Shown piece by piece: positions 39,746 through 48,813 of a DNA stretch of 64,000 nucleotides. Source of the stretch: a virus; the IMG/VR virus record IMGVR_UViG_3300044797_000396, positions 1 to 64,000 of that record; one strand, written 5' to 3'. The number at the start of each line of letters is the position of its first letter. The stretch's first letter is position 1. A program made the position numbers and the translations under genes. A model generated the notes under the pieces. That model saw only the letters and a program-made list of their open reading frames with translations, was not told the origin of the DNA and ran no database searches.

Positions 39746-40710
39746 AGAAAATACTTATTACTGGAAGCAATGGATTTTTAGTTTCTAATTTTCTTCGTAA
39801 AGTGATTTACGAGCAAAATCAAAAGAAACCACAAGATCGTCTTTACAAATTTGCCAGCATAGATAGGATGACGACTAATAATAACAATATGTATTGGAAT
39901 ACAAGTCATAGTTTTTATTTAGCAGATATTTGTGATGCTCACATTGTGGATCGCATTTTTCAGTTTGAGAAGCCAGATATCGTTATTCATAGTGCAGCAG
40001 AAAGTCATGTCGATACCTCTCTAAAAGATCCAAATGTTTTTATTAATTCTAATGTTTTAGGCACTCAGGTAATCATTAATAACTGCTTAAAATATAAAAC
40101 GGAAAAACTGATTTATACTAGTTCGGATGAAATTTATGGACAACTAACCAACGAAAATGATCCGTCCTGGACGGAAGATGCTCCGTTGGCTCCTCGTTCT
40201 CCCTATTCGGCGAGTAAAGCGGCTGGGGAGCTCTTGGTTAAAGCGGCTCATGCGAGCTACGGGTTAATTTATAATATTACCCGAAGCTCTAATTGCTATG
40301 GACCATACCAACTCTCCGAAAAATTGATACCGAAAGCTATAAAATGCATTATCGAGGGACAGAAAATTCCCATTTACGGGAAAGGTTTGCAAATTCGAGA
40401 CTGGACTTATGTAACAGATAATTGTTCTGCTGTCATGACCATCTTGGAAAAAGGTGGTCCTAATGAAACTTACAATATTTCTGCTCACCAAGAATTTACT
40501 AACATTGAAACCATTCAAGAAGTGTGTAATGCTATGGGCAAAGGCCATGAGTTAGTCTCGTTCGTTAATGAAAGGCCCGGACACGATTTTCGATATTCCG
40601 TCAATACCGATAAATTGCAAGCTTTGGGCTGGAAACCTTCCATCAAATTCAGAGAGGGTATTGTTAAAACATGCGAATGGTATAATATGAATCAATGGAT
40701 CCTTCGATAA
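39742..40710 (+). CDS. rmlB: dTDP-glucose 4,6-dehydratase-like NAD-dependent epimerase/dehydratase
   Basis: ILITGSNGF, HSAAESHVD, SSDEIYG, SPYSASKA, SNCYGPYQ..EKLIP, G.QIRDW, RPGHDFRY. Confidence 0.85.
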   Translation: MKKILITGSNGFLVSNFLRKVIYEQNQKKPQDRLYKFASIDRMTTNNNNMYWNTSHSFYLADICDAHIVDRIFQFEKPDIVIHSAAESHVDTSLKDPNVFINSNVLGTQVIINNCLKYKTEKLIYTSSDEIYGQLTNENDPSWTEDAPLAPRSPYSASKAAGELLVKAAHASYGLIYNITRSSNCYGPYQLSEKLIPKAIKCIIEGQKIPIYGKGLQIRDWTYVTDNCSAVMTILEKGGPNETYNISAHQEFTNIETIQEVCNAMGKGHELVSFVNERPGHDFRYSVNTDKLQALGWKPSIKFREGIVKTCEWYNMNQWILR

Positions 40711-40794
40711 ATCTATACCTCAGAAATAAAAATAATAATTCGACCATCTCAAAATTAGACAAGCGATATAAATACGAACACAAGGAGCATAATA

Positions 40795-42156
40795 ATGCCA
40801 GCTACGAGCACAACCGAACAAGGAACAAAAGAAATAATTACGGACAATGTATCTAATACGGAAATCCGTCATCCAGAAGTAGTAGATCTCGGCAAATTGG
40901 CCGCCCTCAAAGCACAAAGCCAAGCCAAGCAAAATCAGGAGAATAAAATGGCAGCTAAGATAGTGTCAAAGAAAGAACGAAGTATCGTATTAGGGGTACT
41001 AGGATCAGGTCAGGCCGGTTCTAGAATTGCCGAGGCTTTTTACAAACTGGGATACGATGCGGTGGTATGCAACACTTGTATGGCCGATCTAAAATTTTTA
41101 GATATTCCAGATAGTAATAAACTTTTATTGGAGTATGGGGTTGGTGGCGCCAGCAAAGAGTTAGAAATCGGTCGTCAAGCAGCCGAAACTCATAGAGGAG
41201 AAATTTTACAATTAGTGAATGGAAAACTATCGGGATCTCAGGTTAATATTTTGTGTTTTTCTTTGGGCGGTGGATCGGGTGCAGGTTCATGTGAAACATT
41301 AGTAGAAATTATGTCCAACTTAGGTAAGCCGTTGGTGGTCATTACTGTTCTTCCGATGGATACCGATGATGCACAGACGAAATCAAATTCATTAGAAACT
41401 TTATCTAAATTGGCCGCTTTCGCTAGAACGAAAAAAATAAATAATCTTATTGTGATTGATAACGCAAAAATCGAAAGTATTTATCACAATGCCAATCAAT
41501 TTGATTTCTTCAATTTGGCTAATAAATCAATAGTAGAAACTTTCGATTCATTCAACACTATGTCGTCGTTGCCTTCGGCAATCAAAGCTCTTGACCCAAT
41601 GGAATGGTCAAAAATCTTGATGGATGGTGAAGGATTAAGTGTGTATGGTGAATTTATAGTAAATAATTATGTTGAAGATGTGGCTATTGCTCAGGCGGTA
41701 GTGGAAAATCTCAGCAATAATTTGTTGGCAAGTGGTTTTGATCTAAAAGGCGCTAAATATGTTGGATTTATTGTATCCGCCAATAAAGATGTTTGGGCAA
41801 AAATACCTGCGTCTAGCATTAATTATGCAACATCAATGGTTAATGATCTAACGCCAGGAGCTAAAGGCGTATTCAAGGGCATCTATACAGTAGAAAATCA
41901 AGATGATTTCGTTAAAGTGTATTCTTTTTTCTCGGGTCTCTCGTTGCCAACTGCGAGAATTGAGCAACTTAAAAATGACACGCTAGAATTGCAATCCAAA
42001 ATAAAAATTAAGGATGAAGAGCGTAATCTTTCGCTACAGTTAAATGTTGGCTCCAATGAAACAATTAGTGACGCGCAAAAGATTAAAAATAAAATTGCAG
42101 CAAAAAGCTCTACCTTTGGAAAATTTGTAAGTGGAACAGTCGATCGTAGGAAATAA
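40795..42156 (+). CDS. Tubulin/FtsZ-family GTPase (PhuZ/TubZ-like)
   Basis: LGSGQAGSRIA, SLGGGSGAG (tubulin signature loop), ITVLP, IDN and C-terminal coiled coil. There are two in-frame ATGs, each with an RBS (40795, 40948). Confidence 0.85.
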   Translation: MPATSTTEQGTKEIITDNVSNTEIRHPEVVDLGKLAALKAQSQAKQNQENKMAAKIVSKKERSIVLGVLGSGQAGSRIAEAFYKLGYDAVVCNTCMADLKFLDIPDSNKLLLEYGVGGASKELEIGRQAAETHRGEILQLVNGKLSGSQVNILCFSLGGGSGAGSCETLVEIMSNLGKPLVVITVLPMDTDDAQTKSNSLETLSKLAAFARTKKINNLIVIDNAKIESIYHNANQFDFFNLANKSIVETFDSFNTMSSLPSAIKALDPMEWSKILMDGEGLSVYGEFIVNNYVEDVAIAQAVVENLSNNLLASGFDLKGAKYVGFIVSANKDVWAKIPASSINYATSMVNDLTPGAKGVFKGIYTVENQDDFVKVYSFFSGLSLPTARIEQLKNDTLELQSKIKIKDEERNLSLQLNVGSNETISDAQKIKNKIAAKSSTFGKFVSGTVDRRK

Positions 42157-42518
42157 TGGTTAAGATACGCGATATTAATTTGTCGTCTTTCACGTATTCA
42201 CAAATCAATAAAAGAGATGATGGCACCATTATTTCCCATTGTGAATTTGTAAAATCTAATATGGTAGCTAATATAGAGGCTTTCCATAACAAAAATTATG
42301 ATCAGTCAGACGCCATCTTTCTGTGTTGTCGAGAGAAGATTGAAAACTCCGATGATTATAGATATACGATGTGCACCATTCCTACAACTGGATATGATGC
42401 CGAAGTAACGAACGTTCGATTAGACAGTTTTAGTAGGCTGCCCACAATTATATTATATAGTAGATCAAACATAGCCGATGTTATAAAAAGAGTATTGAAC
42501 AATCTAATTTTTTCCTAA
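42156..42518 (+). CDS. Small hypothetical protein, paralog of 42548..42901; variant C-terminal tag (RVLNNLIFS)
   Basis: Shares CxREKxExxxYRYxxxTIPT and F..[LM]PTIIL with the downstream ORF. Confidence 0.7.
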   Translation: MVKIRDINLSSFTYSQINKRDDGTIISHCEFVKSNMVANIEAFHNKNYDQSDAIFLCCREKIENSDDYRYTMCTIPTTGYDAEVTNVRLDSFSRLPTIILYSRSNIADVIKRVLNNLIFS

Positions 42519-42547
42519 TTAACCTATTTCCCCATTCGAGAATAACA

Positions 42548-42901
42548 ATGAGAACCGCAACAATAGTTTCTAATCCTTTTCGCCAACATCCCAAAGAGGG
42601 CGAAACCCCTAAAACACCAACCGAGATGATGAAGGCTAGCGTATCTGAAAGTTTGGATGTGTTTGATGGTAACAATCTTGAAACCGCAGACAGGGATTGT
42701 ATTTGTATCTGTGCCCGAGAAAAAACTGAGTTAGGCGAATATCGATACAGCACCATAACCATTCCTACCAAAGAATATTCTACTAACCTAGTCAATGTGG
42801 TGTTAGCTAATTTCAAGAAGATGCCTACTATCATTTTGGATGATAAAGCGGACACCGTAGAAACAGTGCGCAGGGTGCTAACTAATCTTAATTTTTCGTG
42901 A
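42548..42901 (+). CDS. Small hypothetical protein, paralog of 42156..42518; variant C-terminal tag (RVLTNLNFS)
   Basis: Visible similarity to the upstream ORF. Confidence 0.7.
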   Translation: MRTATIVSNPFRQHPKEGETPKTPTEMMKASVSESLDVFDGNNLETADRDCICICAREKTELGEYRYSTITIPTKEYSTNLVNVVLANFKKMPTIILDDKADTVETVRRVLTNLNFS

Positions 42902-42907
42902 GGAATA

Positions 42908-43207
42908 ATGGAGCTGGATATCCTCAAACATTTTATTGGAATGAATGTAGAAGTGCTGGTGGCGGGTGTCTGGATGGAGGGAAACCTCAAACCCATTGTC
43001 AAGGGCGTGGTAGTTTTACAGCCCATTGGCGAGATGATGCAATTCTATGGACCCTCCTCTATGAAAGCGGATGTTATCCAAGCTATTAGGCAAGTCAAGA
43101 AATTGTCAACTACCCCACAGCCACCTCTACCCTCCCCAGACAGCACTAAAGTTGTGTCTAGTTTCGAGCAGTCCTCTCCCACCAAACGTTTTGTTGTAGT
43201 TAAGTGA
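42908..43207 (+). CDS. Small protein, possible Sm/LSm-like fold
   Basis: LKHFIGMNVEVLVAGVWMEGNL...VVVLQP. GAGG RBS. Similar in pattern to 43426..43677. Confidence 0.45.
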   Translation: MELDILKHFIGMNVEVLVAGVWMEGNLKPIVKGVVVLQPIGEMMQFYGPSSMKADVIQAIRQVKKLSTTPQPPLPSPDSTKVVSSFEQSSPTKRFVVVK

Positions 43208-43214
43208 GATAAAA

Positions 43215-43436
43215 ATGAAAAAACATAAAATAACCAAGAAGCAGAAAAAAGCAGCTAAGAAAATTGCCGACCAACAAAGGGCAGAGCGAAATAAATTAGA
43301 GCGCAAGCCTGTCACAAGCACCTCAATACTAACCTTGACGCAATATTTGCAAAAGCAGGCGGAAAAGAAATATCTCAAAGAATTACATCGTGAGGAGAAG
43401 AGGCACGTTAAATTAGGAAAAGATCATGTTCATTGA
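43215..43436 (+). CDS. Small basic hypothetical protein
   Basis: 73 aa Lys-rich ORF in the operon. Confidence 0.55.
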   Translation: MKKHKITKKQKKAAKKIADQQRAERNKLERKPVTSTSILTLTQYLQKQAEKKYLKELHREEKRHVKLGKDHVH

Positions 43437-43677
43437 TATTTTAGATGATTTTTCAGATCTAAGTGTAGAGATAACGACTGCCAATGGCAAGTCTTTTACT
43501 GGAACACTCAAACATCAAACGAGCAAAGGTTTAGTTATTATCACTCCCACTGATAAATATCATCGTTTCGGCCCCGCTTACATTGCAGATAGTGAAGTTA
43601 TAACTATTCGTGAGGTCTTACCACGTATTCATGAAGAAAAATATGAAGTGGAAGACGGTGGTGATGAAAAAACCTAA
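43426..43677 (+). CDS. Small protein, possible Sm/LSm-like fold
   Basis: VEITTANGKSFTGTL resembles the Sm1 motif. AYIADSEVITIRE resembles Sm2. Confidence 0.5.
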   Translation: MFIDILDDFSDLSVEITTANGKSFTGTLKHQTSKGLVIITPTDKYHRFGPAYIADSEVITIREVLPRIHEEKYEVEDGGDEKT

Positions 43678-43742
43678 ATAAAATATCACGGCACTTTGAC
43701 ACATATGAATGAGGCTTTTAAGAAACAGAAATAAGGTAGTAT

Positions 43743-44639
43743 ATGGCAGATTTGATCAAGGGAATAGATATTTCTTCTTTACAAGGGACAATAGATTTTG
43801 CAGCGGTAGCTGCTACTGGTGTGCAATTTGTGATCTGCCGATGTGGCGTAGGTAATAACGGTAAAGATAGTATGTATGGTCAAAATATGGCTAATGCTCA
43901 GGCCGCTGGTCTCCAAGTGGCTGCTTATAATTTTATCTTCCCACTTCCAACTATTCCATCAGAACCATTGAGAGATCCTGTCAAGCAGGCTAAATTGCAT
44001 GCAGGATGGACTGGCAATGTTTCTGTGGTGTGCTGCGATTTAGAGTGGCCCGCTACCCAAGACTGGACTAAGTGGGGTTGTAGTGCTGCCCAAATTGTAG
44101 AATGGACACTTACTTATTTGCAAGCTTATGAGGCCGCTACTGGTGTTAGACCTATTGTCTATACTTACCCATATTTTGCTCAGTCCATCAATCTGCCAGC
44201 TAGTTTTGCGCAAACTTATAAGTTATGGATTGCTAGTTATGAGGTCTCTCCTGCTATCCCTGCTCCTTGGACTGATTGGGTGATTTGGCAAAATTCAGGC
44301 GGAACCACTACCAAACTTCCCAATGGCAGCCCGGTAGATACAGATTTCGTCAAAGATTTATCTTTGTGGGGCGCCTCACCAGCAGTTCCGGCCCCGCCTG
44401 CCTTTCCGGTAATTTATAATCAAGTCCCAGCGGTGGTAACGCCCGCTCCTGTGGTTACCCCTGCCCCTGTTGTAGTAACCCCAGATCCGGCCCCAGCCCC
44501 GGTAGAAGTCTCGCCAGTTGTTTCGGCTCCCGCTGATCCTGTTTCCGCACCTATTGAGGATATAGAAACTGGTGCAAGTTCTATCGTCTTGACTATTCTA
44601 AAGTTTATTATGGATCTCTTCAAGAAGCCGCAACTCTAA
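43743..44639 (+). CDS. GH25 muramidase (endolysin) with Pro/Ala/Val linker and C-terminal amphipathic helix
   Basis: GIDISSLQGTIDF, AGLQVAAYNF, CDLE (DxE), PIVYTY, LWIASY, W.IWQ, VDTD. Confidence 0.85.
   Translation: MADLIKGIDISSLQGTIDFAAVAATGVQFVICRCGVGNNGKDSMYGQNMANAQAAGLQVAAYNFIFPLPTIPSEPLRDPVKQAKLHAGWTGNVSVVCCDLEWPATQDWTKWGCSAAQIVEWTLTYLQAYEAATGVRPIVYTYPYFAQSINLPASFAQTYKLWIASYEVSPAIPAPWTDWVIWQNSGGTTTKLPNGSPVDTDFVKDLSLWGASPAVPAPPAFPVIYNQVPAVVTPAPVVTPAPVVVTPDPAPAPVEVSPVVSAPADPVSAPIEDIETGASSIVLTILKFIMDLFKKPQL
44433..44483 (+). repeat. Short coding tandem repeat VVTPAP in endolysin linker
   Basis: VVTPAP VVTPAP VVVTP, with degenerate codons. Confidence 0.7.
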
Positions 44640-44701
44640 TTCTTGTAGAATAAGTTTTGTCGAGAAAAAAGTGCCAGCCATGTATGGTGCTATGAGGCTC
44701 T

Positions 44702-46165
44702 ATGAGCAAGATAATTATATTGGACAATAAAAAATGCCGGATTATATCCGATGATGCCGATATGCTCAAAGAGCTGCATCAATATTTGTCCTTCAAGCTA
44801 ACCGGTATTGAATACACTCCCGCTTACCAAAATGGTTGGAGTGGTATTACCTATTTACTCAGCAAAACCAATAAGTTTAATTACGGATTGCTACACAAGG
44901 TAGAGTGTTTTCTACAAGATAGGGAAGTTATCTATACAGTAGAGGATAAGCGCGCCCCCAAAGTTATGGTCCCTGAATTAAGCATACAAGATAGTCTCCA
45001 AAAACATCACCTCATTCCCAGAGACCATCAAGAAAGAATTTGTCAGGCCGCCCTAGCTACCGACAGGGGAATTATCAGGGCCGTGACTGGTTCAGGCAAA
45101 ACATTATGCACCGCCCTGATTACTGCTAAGCTAAACAAACCGACTATTATTTATGTGATTGGTTTAGATTTATTAGATCAGTTTTACAAACTGTATTCTA
45201 AGTTGTTTGACGAGCCTATCGGATACATTGGCAATGGTGTGTGTCGTATCGAGAGGATCAATATCGCTTCTATTTGGACGATTGGGCGTTCTCTAAAACT
45301 TGATATCAAAGATATTATCAATGACGATAGTGATGGTGGCGAGCAGGAATTGGATGAAAGCAATCAAACCAAGATCATTAATTTATTAGCGAAAACTAAG
45401 TTGCATATTTTTGATGAAAGCCACGTAGTAACAACCACCACCATCACTGAAATTTATAAAAATATAGACCCCGAATATTTGTATGGTTTTAGCGGCACCC
45501 CCTTCCGAGATGATAATTCCGATTTGCAAATCAATGGTATTCTGGGAGAACAAATTATCTATGTTTCTGCTTCCGAATTGATCGATAAAGGTTTGTTGGC
45601 AGCCCCCTTGATCAAGTTTTACACCGTGCCTAAGATGTCGGTTTCGAGCAACACCTATCCCACTGTTTATAAAGAATATATTGTTGAAAATGAAATTAGA
45701 AATAATTTAATCGTCAAATTATCCAAAGAATTAATTGACAAGAAATATACGCCACTTCTGCTATTCAAGCAAATCAAGCACGGTGACATTCTCTTAGAAA
45801 AATTAGAAGACGCCAATATCAAGTGCGCTATGTTGTATGGCAATGATACTTTGGATAAAAGAAATGAAGTCAAAGAGCAACTTGTCAATAAGAAAATACA
45901 CCTAATTTTAGCCAGCACTATTTTCGACTTAGGTTTAGATTTGCCCGAACTCAACGCCCTAGTCTTGTGTGGCGGAGGTAAAAGTAGTATTCGAGCTTTA
46001 CAGCGAATAGGTCGCGTAATTAGAATGCACGGAAATAAGAAATTTGCTGCCGTGGTAGATTTTTATGACCAGGTCAGATTTCTCAAAAAACATTCTATGA
46101 CCAGGTATAGTATTTATTCTTTGGAAAAAGGTTTCAAGGTAATCAAGTCAAAGGAAATGAAATAA
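44702..46165 (+). CDS. Superfamily 2 DNA helicase (UvsW/XPB-like)
   Basis: PRDHQ, TGSGKT, DESH, SGTPFRDD, GLDLP, QRIGRVIR. Confidence 0.9.
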   Translation: MSKIIILDNKKCRIISDDADMLKELHQYLSFKLTGIEYTPAYQNGWSGITYLLSKTNKFNYGLLHKVECFLQDREVIYTVEDKRAPKVMVPELSIQDSLQKHHLIPRDHQERICQAALATDRGIIRAVTGSGKTLCTALITAKLNKPTIIYVIGLDLLDQFYKLYSKLFDEPIGYIGNGVCRIERINIASIWTIGRSLKLDIKDIINDDSDGGEQELDESNQTKIINLLAKTKLHIFDESHVVTTTTITEIYKNIDPEYLYGFSGTPFRDDNSDLQINGILGEQIIYVSASELIDKGLLAAPLIKFYTVPKMSVSSNTYPTVYKEYIVENEIRNNLIVKLSKELIDKKYTPLLLFKQIKHGDILLEKLEDANIKCAMLYGNDTLDKRNEVKEQLVNKKIHLILASTIFDLGLDLPELNALVLCGGGKSSIRALQRIGRVIRMHGNKKFAAVVDFYDQVRFLKKHSMTRYSIYSLEKGFKVIKSKEMK

Positions 46166-46166
46166 G

Positions 46167-46433
46167 ATGCGTCGATTTTGGAAATTTTTTATCAATGAGA
46201 TAAGTTTTGTTTATCAGAACAAAAAATATGTATTGGAAGTTGGGTATGTCAATACCCATCCAGGATTATATATGAGATTGTATGATCAGGATGGTCAGCG
46301 GCTGGCGGGCAGCTGGGTTTCCAAGGTCGAAGAAAAAGTTAGAGATAGTAGTTTTGATTTTGTGGATAAAAAAATAGTGGATATTTGCGTAGCACAAGCT
46401 CGTCGCATAGAAAAATTGAAAGCATTCGTATGA
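46167..46433 (+). CDS. Small hypothetical protein with conserved C-terminal tag (RIEKLKAFV)
   Basis: 88 aa, ends in the KLKAF tag, ATGA overlap with the next gene. Confidence 0.7.
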   Translation: MRRFWKFFINEISFVYQNKKYVLEVGYVNTHPGLYMRLYDQDGQRLAGSWVSKVEEKVRDSSFDFVDKKIVDICVAQARRIEKLKAFV

Positions 46434-47035
46434 TAGATAAATTAGAAGAAACAGGCGGGGAACTAACCGCTATTCCCAACGACAAGTATCGTAAGTTCTT
46501 TGACAAGTTTGCCGAGATCGAAACGCTAGATGTTTCGCAGTGGAAAGTGGCACATTTATTGGGCTATTTCTGCAAAAGATACAAGGAAGCATTAGGAACG
46601 GATTATGCTTGGAAGTTCAACAATCCCAGCCCCACCAAATGTTTTGAGGTATGGCAAGCCAATACCCTGGCTGCAAAACTCTCTGCTAATCCTAAAATCC
46701 TCAAAGACTACATTGATTGGGCGTTTGACACTTTGGTTAAGGGTAAGAAATACAAGCCGCGTTCCATTTCCTTCCTCACCAAAGAAGAAGTGGTTATCCC
46801 TTATAAGATGAATGTTTTGTTGGCTGGACAAAGAAACTCCAATGTGGATCGTTCTGCTTCCCTGCCAACTATCTACCAAGATATTCTACAACAAACGGCT
46901 GGTATTACTATTAGCACGTATGGTGATTTAGCTTTTATCTCACAAGCCGAGCCATTACCAGACAACATCATATTAGCGTTGGATCGAATGGTGGAGGCAG
47001 GATTTGATCGAGAAGTATTGAAGAGAATAGTATGA
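46430..47035 (+). CDS. Hypothetical protein (possible replication initiator/primosome component)
   Basis: The true start is likely ATG 46430 (ATGA overlap). LKDYIDWAF...SISFL. It lies near the DnaC/DnaB-like genes; function is inferred from context only. Confidence 0.5.
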   Translation: MIDKLEETGGELTAIPNDKYRKFFDKFAEIETLDVSQWKVAHLLGYFCKRYKEALGTDYAWKFNNPSPTKCFEVWQANTLAAKLSANPKILKDYIDWAFDTLVKGKKYKPRSISFLTKEEVVIPYKMNVLLAGQRNSNVDRSASLPTIYQDILQQTAGITISTYGDLAFISQAEPLPDNIILALDRMVEAGFDREVLKRIV

Positions 47036-47343
47036 TAGTTATTAAAAAACGAAAACTTAATTTTCTTGTGGGTGGCACAAACCCCGGAAGAATGACGCTT
47101 GATGTATTGAAGATATTTCGTCTTCCATACAATCTAACATTTATTCCCGATGAAGATAACATTTTAGAATTTGCTGTTAAACAGGCTCAAAATCTTAATT
47201 GGGATCCTGACACAACTTTGTGTGTCTGGACTAATAAGTCGCCTGCTCCGTATCCGCGTGTCTCTTTGTTTATTAAAGACATGACTGTTGAGAGACTGAT
47301 TAGTGCTACCGATAGAGTGGCAAAATTAAAGGCATTCATATGA
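47032..47343 (+). CDS. Small hypothetical protein with conserved C-terminal tag (RVAKLKAFI)
   Basis: 103 aa, diverged paralog of 47340..47645 (IK.RK, NWD, LFIKDMTVERL vs LIINDITFEKL). Confidence 0.7.
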   Translation: MIVIKKRKLNFLVGGTNPGRMTLDVLKIFRLPYNLTFIPDEDNILEFAVKQAQNLNWDPDTTLCVWTNKSPAPYPRVSLFIKDMTVERLISATDRVAKLKAFI

Positions 47344-47645
47344 TGATTATTAAGCCAAGAAAATTTCGAGCCCGCACAAAATGGCAGGAACATAGCATAG
47401 GTATATTTGATATTTTAGATGCGCTTCATATCCAACATATTGAGATGGAAGCTCCATATGATATTGATGTTTTAGAAACTTATAAGCAAAATATTTTATC
47501 AATGAATTGGGATATTAATAAAGCCATGGTAATGCCTGTAAAAGCTCCTGGTAGAAGGCGTCTTGCATTGATTATCAATGATATAACTTTTGAGAAACTT
47601 GTGGATGCCATCAATAGGGCGGTAAAATTAAAGGCGTTTTTATGA
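47340..47645 (+). CDS. Small hypothetical protein with conserved C-terminal tag (RAVKLKAFL)
   Basis: 101 aa, paralog of the upstream ORF, ATGA-coupled on both sides. Confidence 0.7.
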   Translation: MMIIKPRKFRARTKWQEHSIGIFDILDALHIQHIEMEAPYDIDVLETYKQNILSMNWDINKAMVMPVKAPGRRRLALIINDITFEKLVDAINRAVKLKAFL

Positions 47646-48106
47646 CAGACATAAAAATTGGAAAGCACGTTAAATATTTTTTGCGCAATGGAATGGTATT
47701 GGAAGGTTTTGTCGAAAAAGACACTCCCTCCGAATGCATATTAAAATCAATAGATGGTAAAAATCTATTGATTGTGCATCGTCCAACCGAGGATATATTG
47801 CTGACGAAGGTGCTGCTAGAAGAGCCTGAAATTGTAGAAGAAAAAGTTATTGAAACTCCTAAAAAATTGACAGAAACTCAACAAGAAGTCAGAGATAAGT
47901 TGCAGCAAGTTATACGGCCCACGGGCGAACCAGAGCTTGATAAACTAAATATCAAACAGCTACGTGTGCTGGTGCAAGAGCAAGATAAACAAATCATCGC
48001 TCAGAAAAAGAAGGAGCACTTTGGAAGTCCAGGGGCTGCCAAACGAGCCGTACCATATAGCACACCGAAATCAGCATATATGCCCGGCAAACTGCCAAGG
48101 ATGTAA
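47642..48106 (+). CDS. Hypothetical protein with Hfq/Sm-like N-terminus
   Basis: GKHVKYFLRNGMVLEGFVEK...CILK resembles Hfq Sm1 (V.IYLVNGIKLQG.I...VILLK). Confidence 0.45.
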   Translation: MTDIKIGKHVKYFLRNGMVLEGFVEKDTPSECILKSIDGKNLLIVHRPTEDILLTKVLLEEPEIVEEKVIETPKKLTETQQEVRDKLQQVIRPTGEPELDKLNIKQLRVLVQEQDKQIIAQKKKEHFGSPGAAKRAVPYSTPKSAYMPGKLPRM

Positions 48107-48108
48107 GT

Positions 48109-48813
48109 ATGGAACCGTTAAACTTTGTTCGCTCATCAGCATTAAATAATATTCCAACTAAAAAACTACAAGATAAGCTAACTGCCATACAAGAAGGGGA
48201 AGATGCTCAGGAAGCTAAGATTATCAAGCTAATCGCTATCAATCGTTATGCTGAGAGTAATATTCCTATTGAGTATTGGGGATTGTCGATGGAAAAAGAT
48301 TTCACTGGGGATCCTCGCCTCAAACAGAAGTATGATGAATATGTGGTGGACGTCAAGAATTCTTACATTACTGGCAACTCTCTGTGTTTAGCAGGAGCGC
48401 ATGGTCTGGGCAAAACTATGACGGTCACTTGTATGCTTAAAAAGGCTGCTCAAAAAGGATACACTTGCCTCTACACTAATTTGAGTGATATCGTTTCAGT
48501 GATGACGCAAGCTAGTAGTGAAGATAAGTTTCTATCTAGACGAGAATTGGTGTTGGTAGATTTTTTAGTGATTGATGAATTCGATCCTAGATTTATGGCA
48601 ACGGAGAATGCGGCTGATTTATATGCTAGAAGTTTAGAGGGCGTGTTCCGCACTCGTAGTCAGAATAAACTACCTACTTTGATGTGCACTAATAGCCCCA
48701 ATGTAGTAGAAAGTTTTAGCGGCCCACTCCGAGCTAGTATTGACAGTTTGATGAAGGGGTATATGAAAGTCTTCTCCGTATTAGGCGATGATTTTAGAAA
48801 GAAGGGTAAATGA
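48109..48813 (+). CDS. DnaC/IstB-like AAA+ helicase loader
   Basis: Walker A GAHGLGKT, Walker B FLVIDE, R..NKLPTLMCTN, GDDFRK. It is directly upstream of DnaB. Confidence 0.85.
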   Translation: MEPLNFVRSSALNNIPTKKLQDKLTAIQEGEDAQEAKIIKLIAINRYAESNIPIEYWGLSMEKDFTGDPRLKQKYDEYVVDVKNSYITGNSLCLAGAHGLGKTMTVTCMLKKAAQKGYTCLYTNLSDIVSVMTQASSEDKFLSRRELVLVDFLVIDEFDPRFMATENAADLYARSLEGVFRTRSQNKLPTLMCTNSPNVVESFSGPLRASIDSLMKGYMKVFSVLGDDFRKKGK

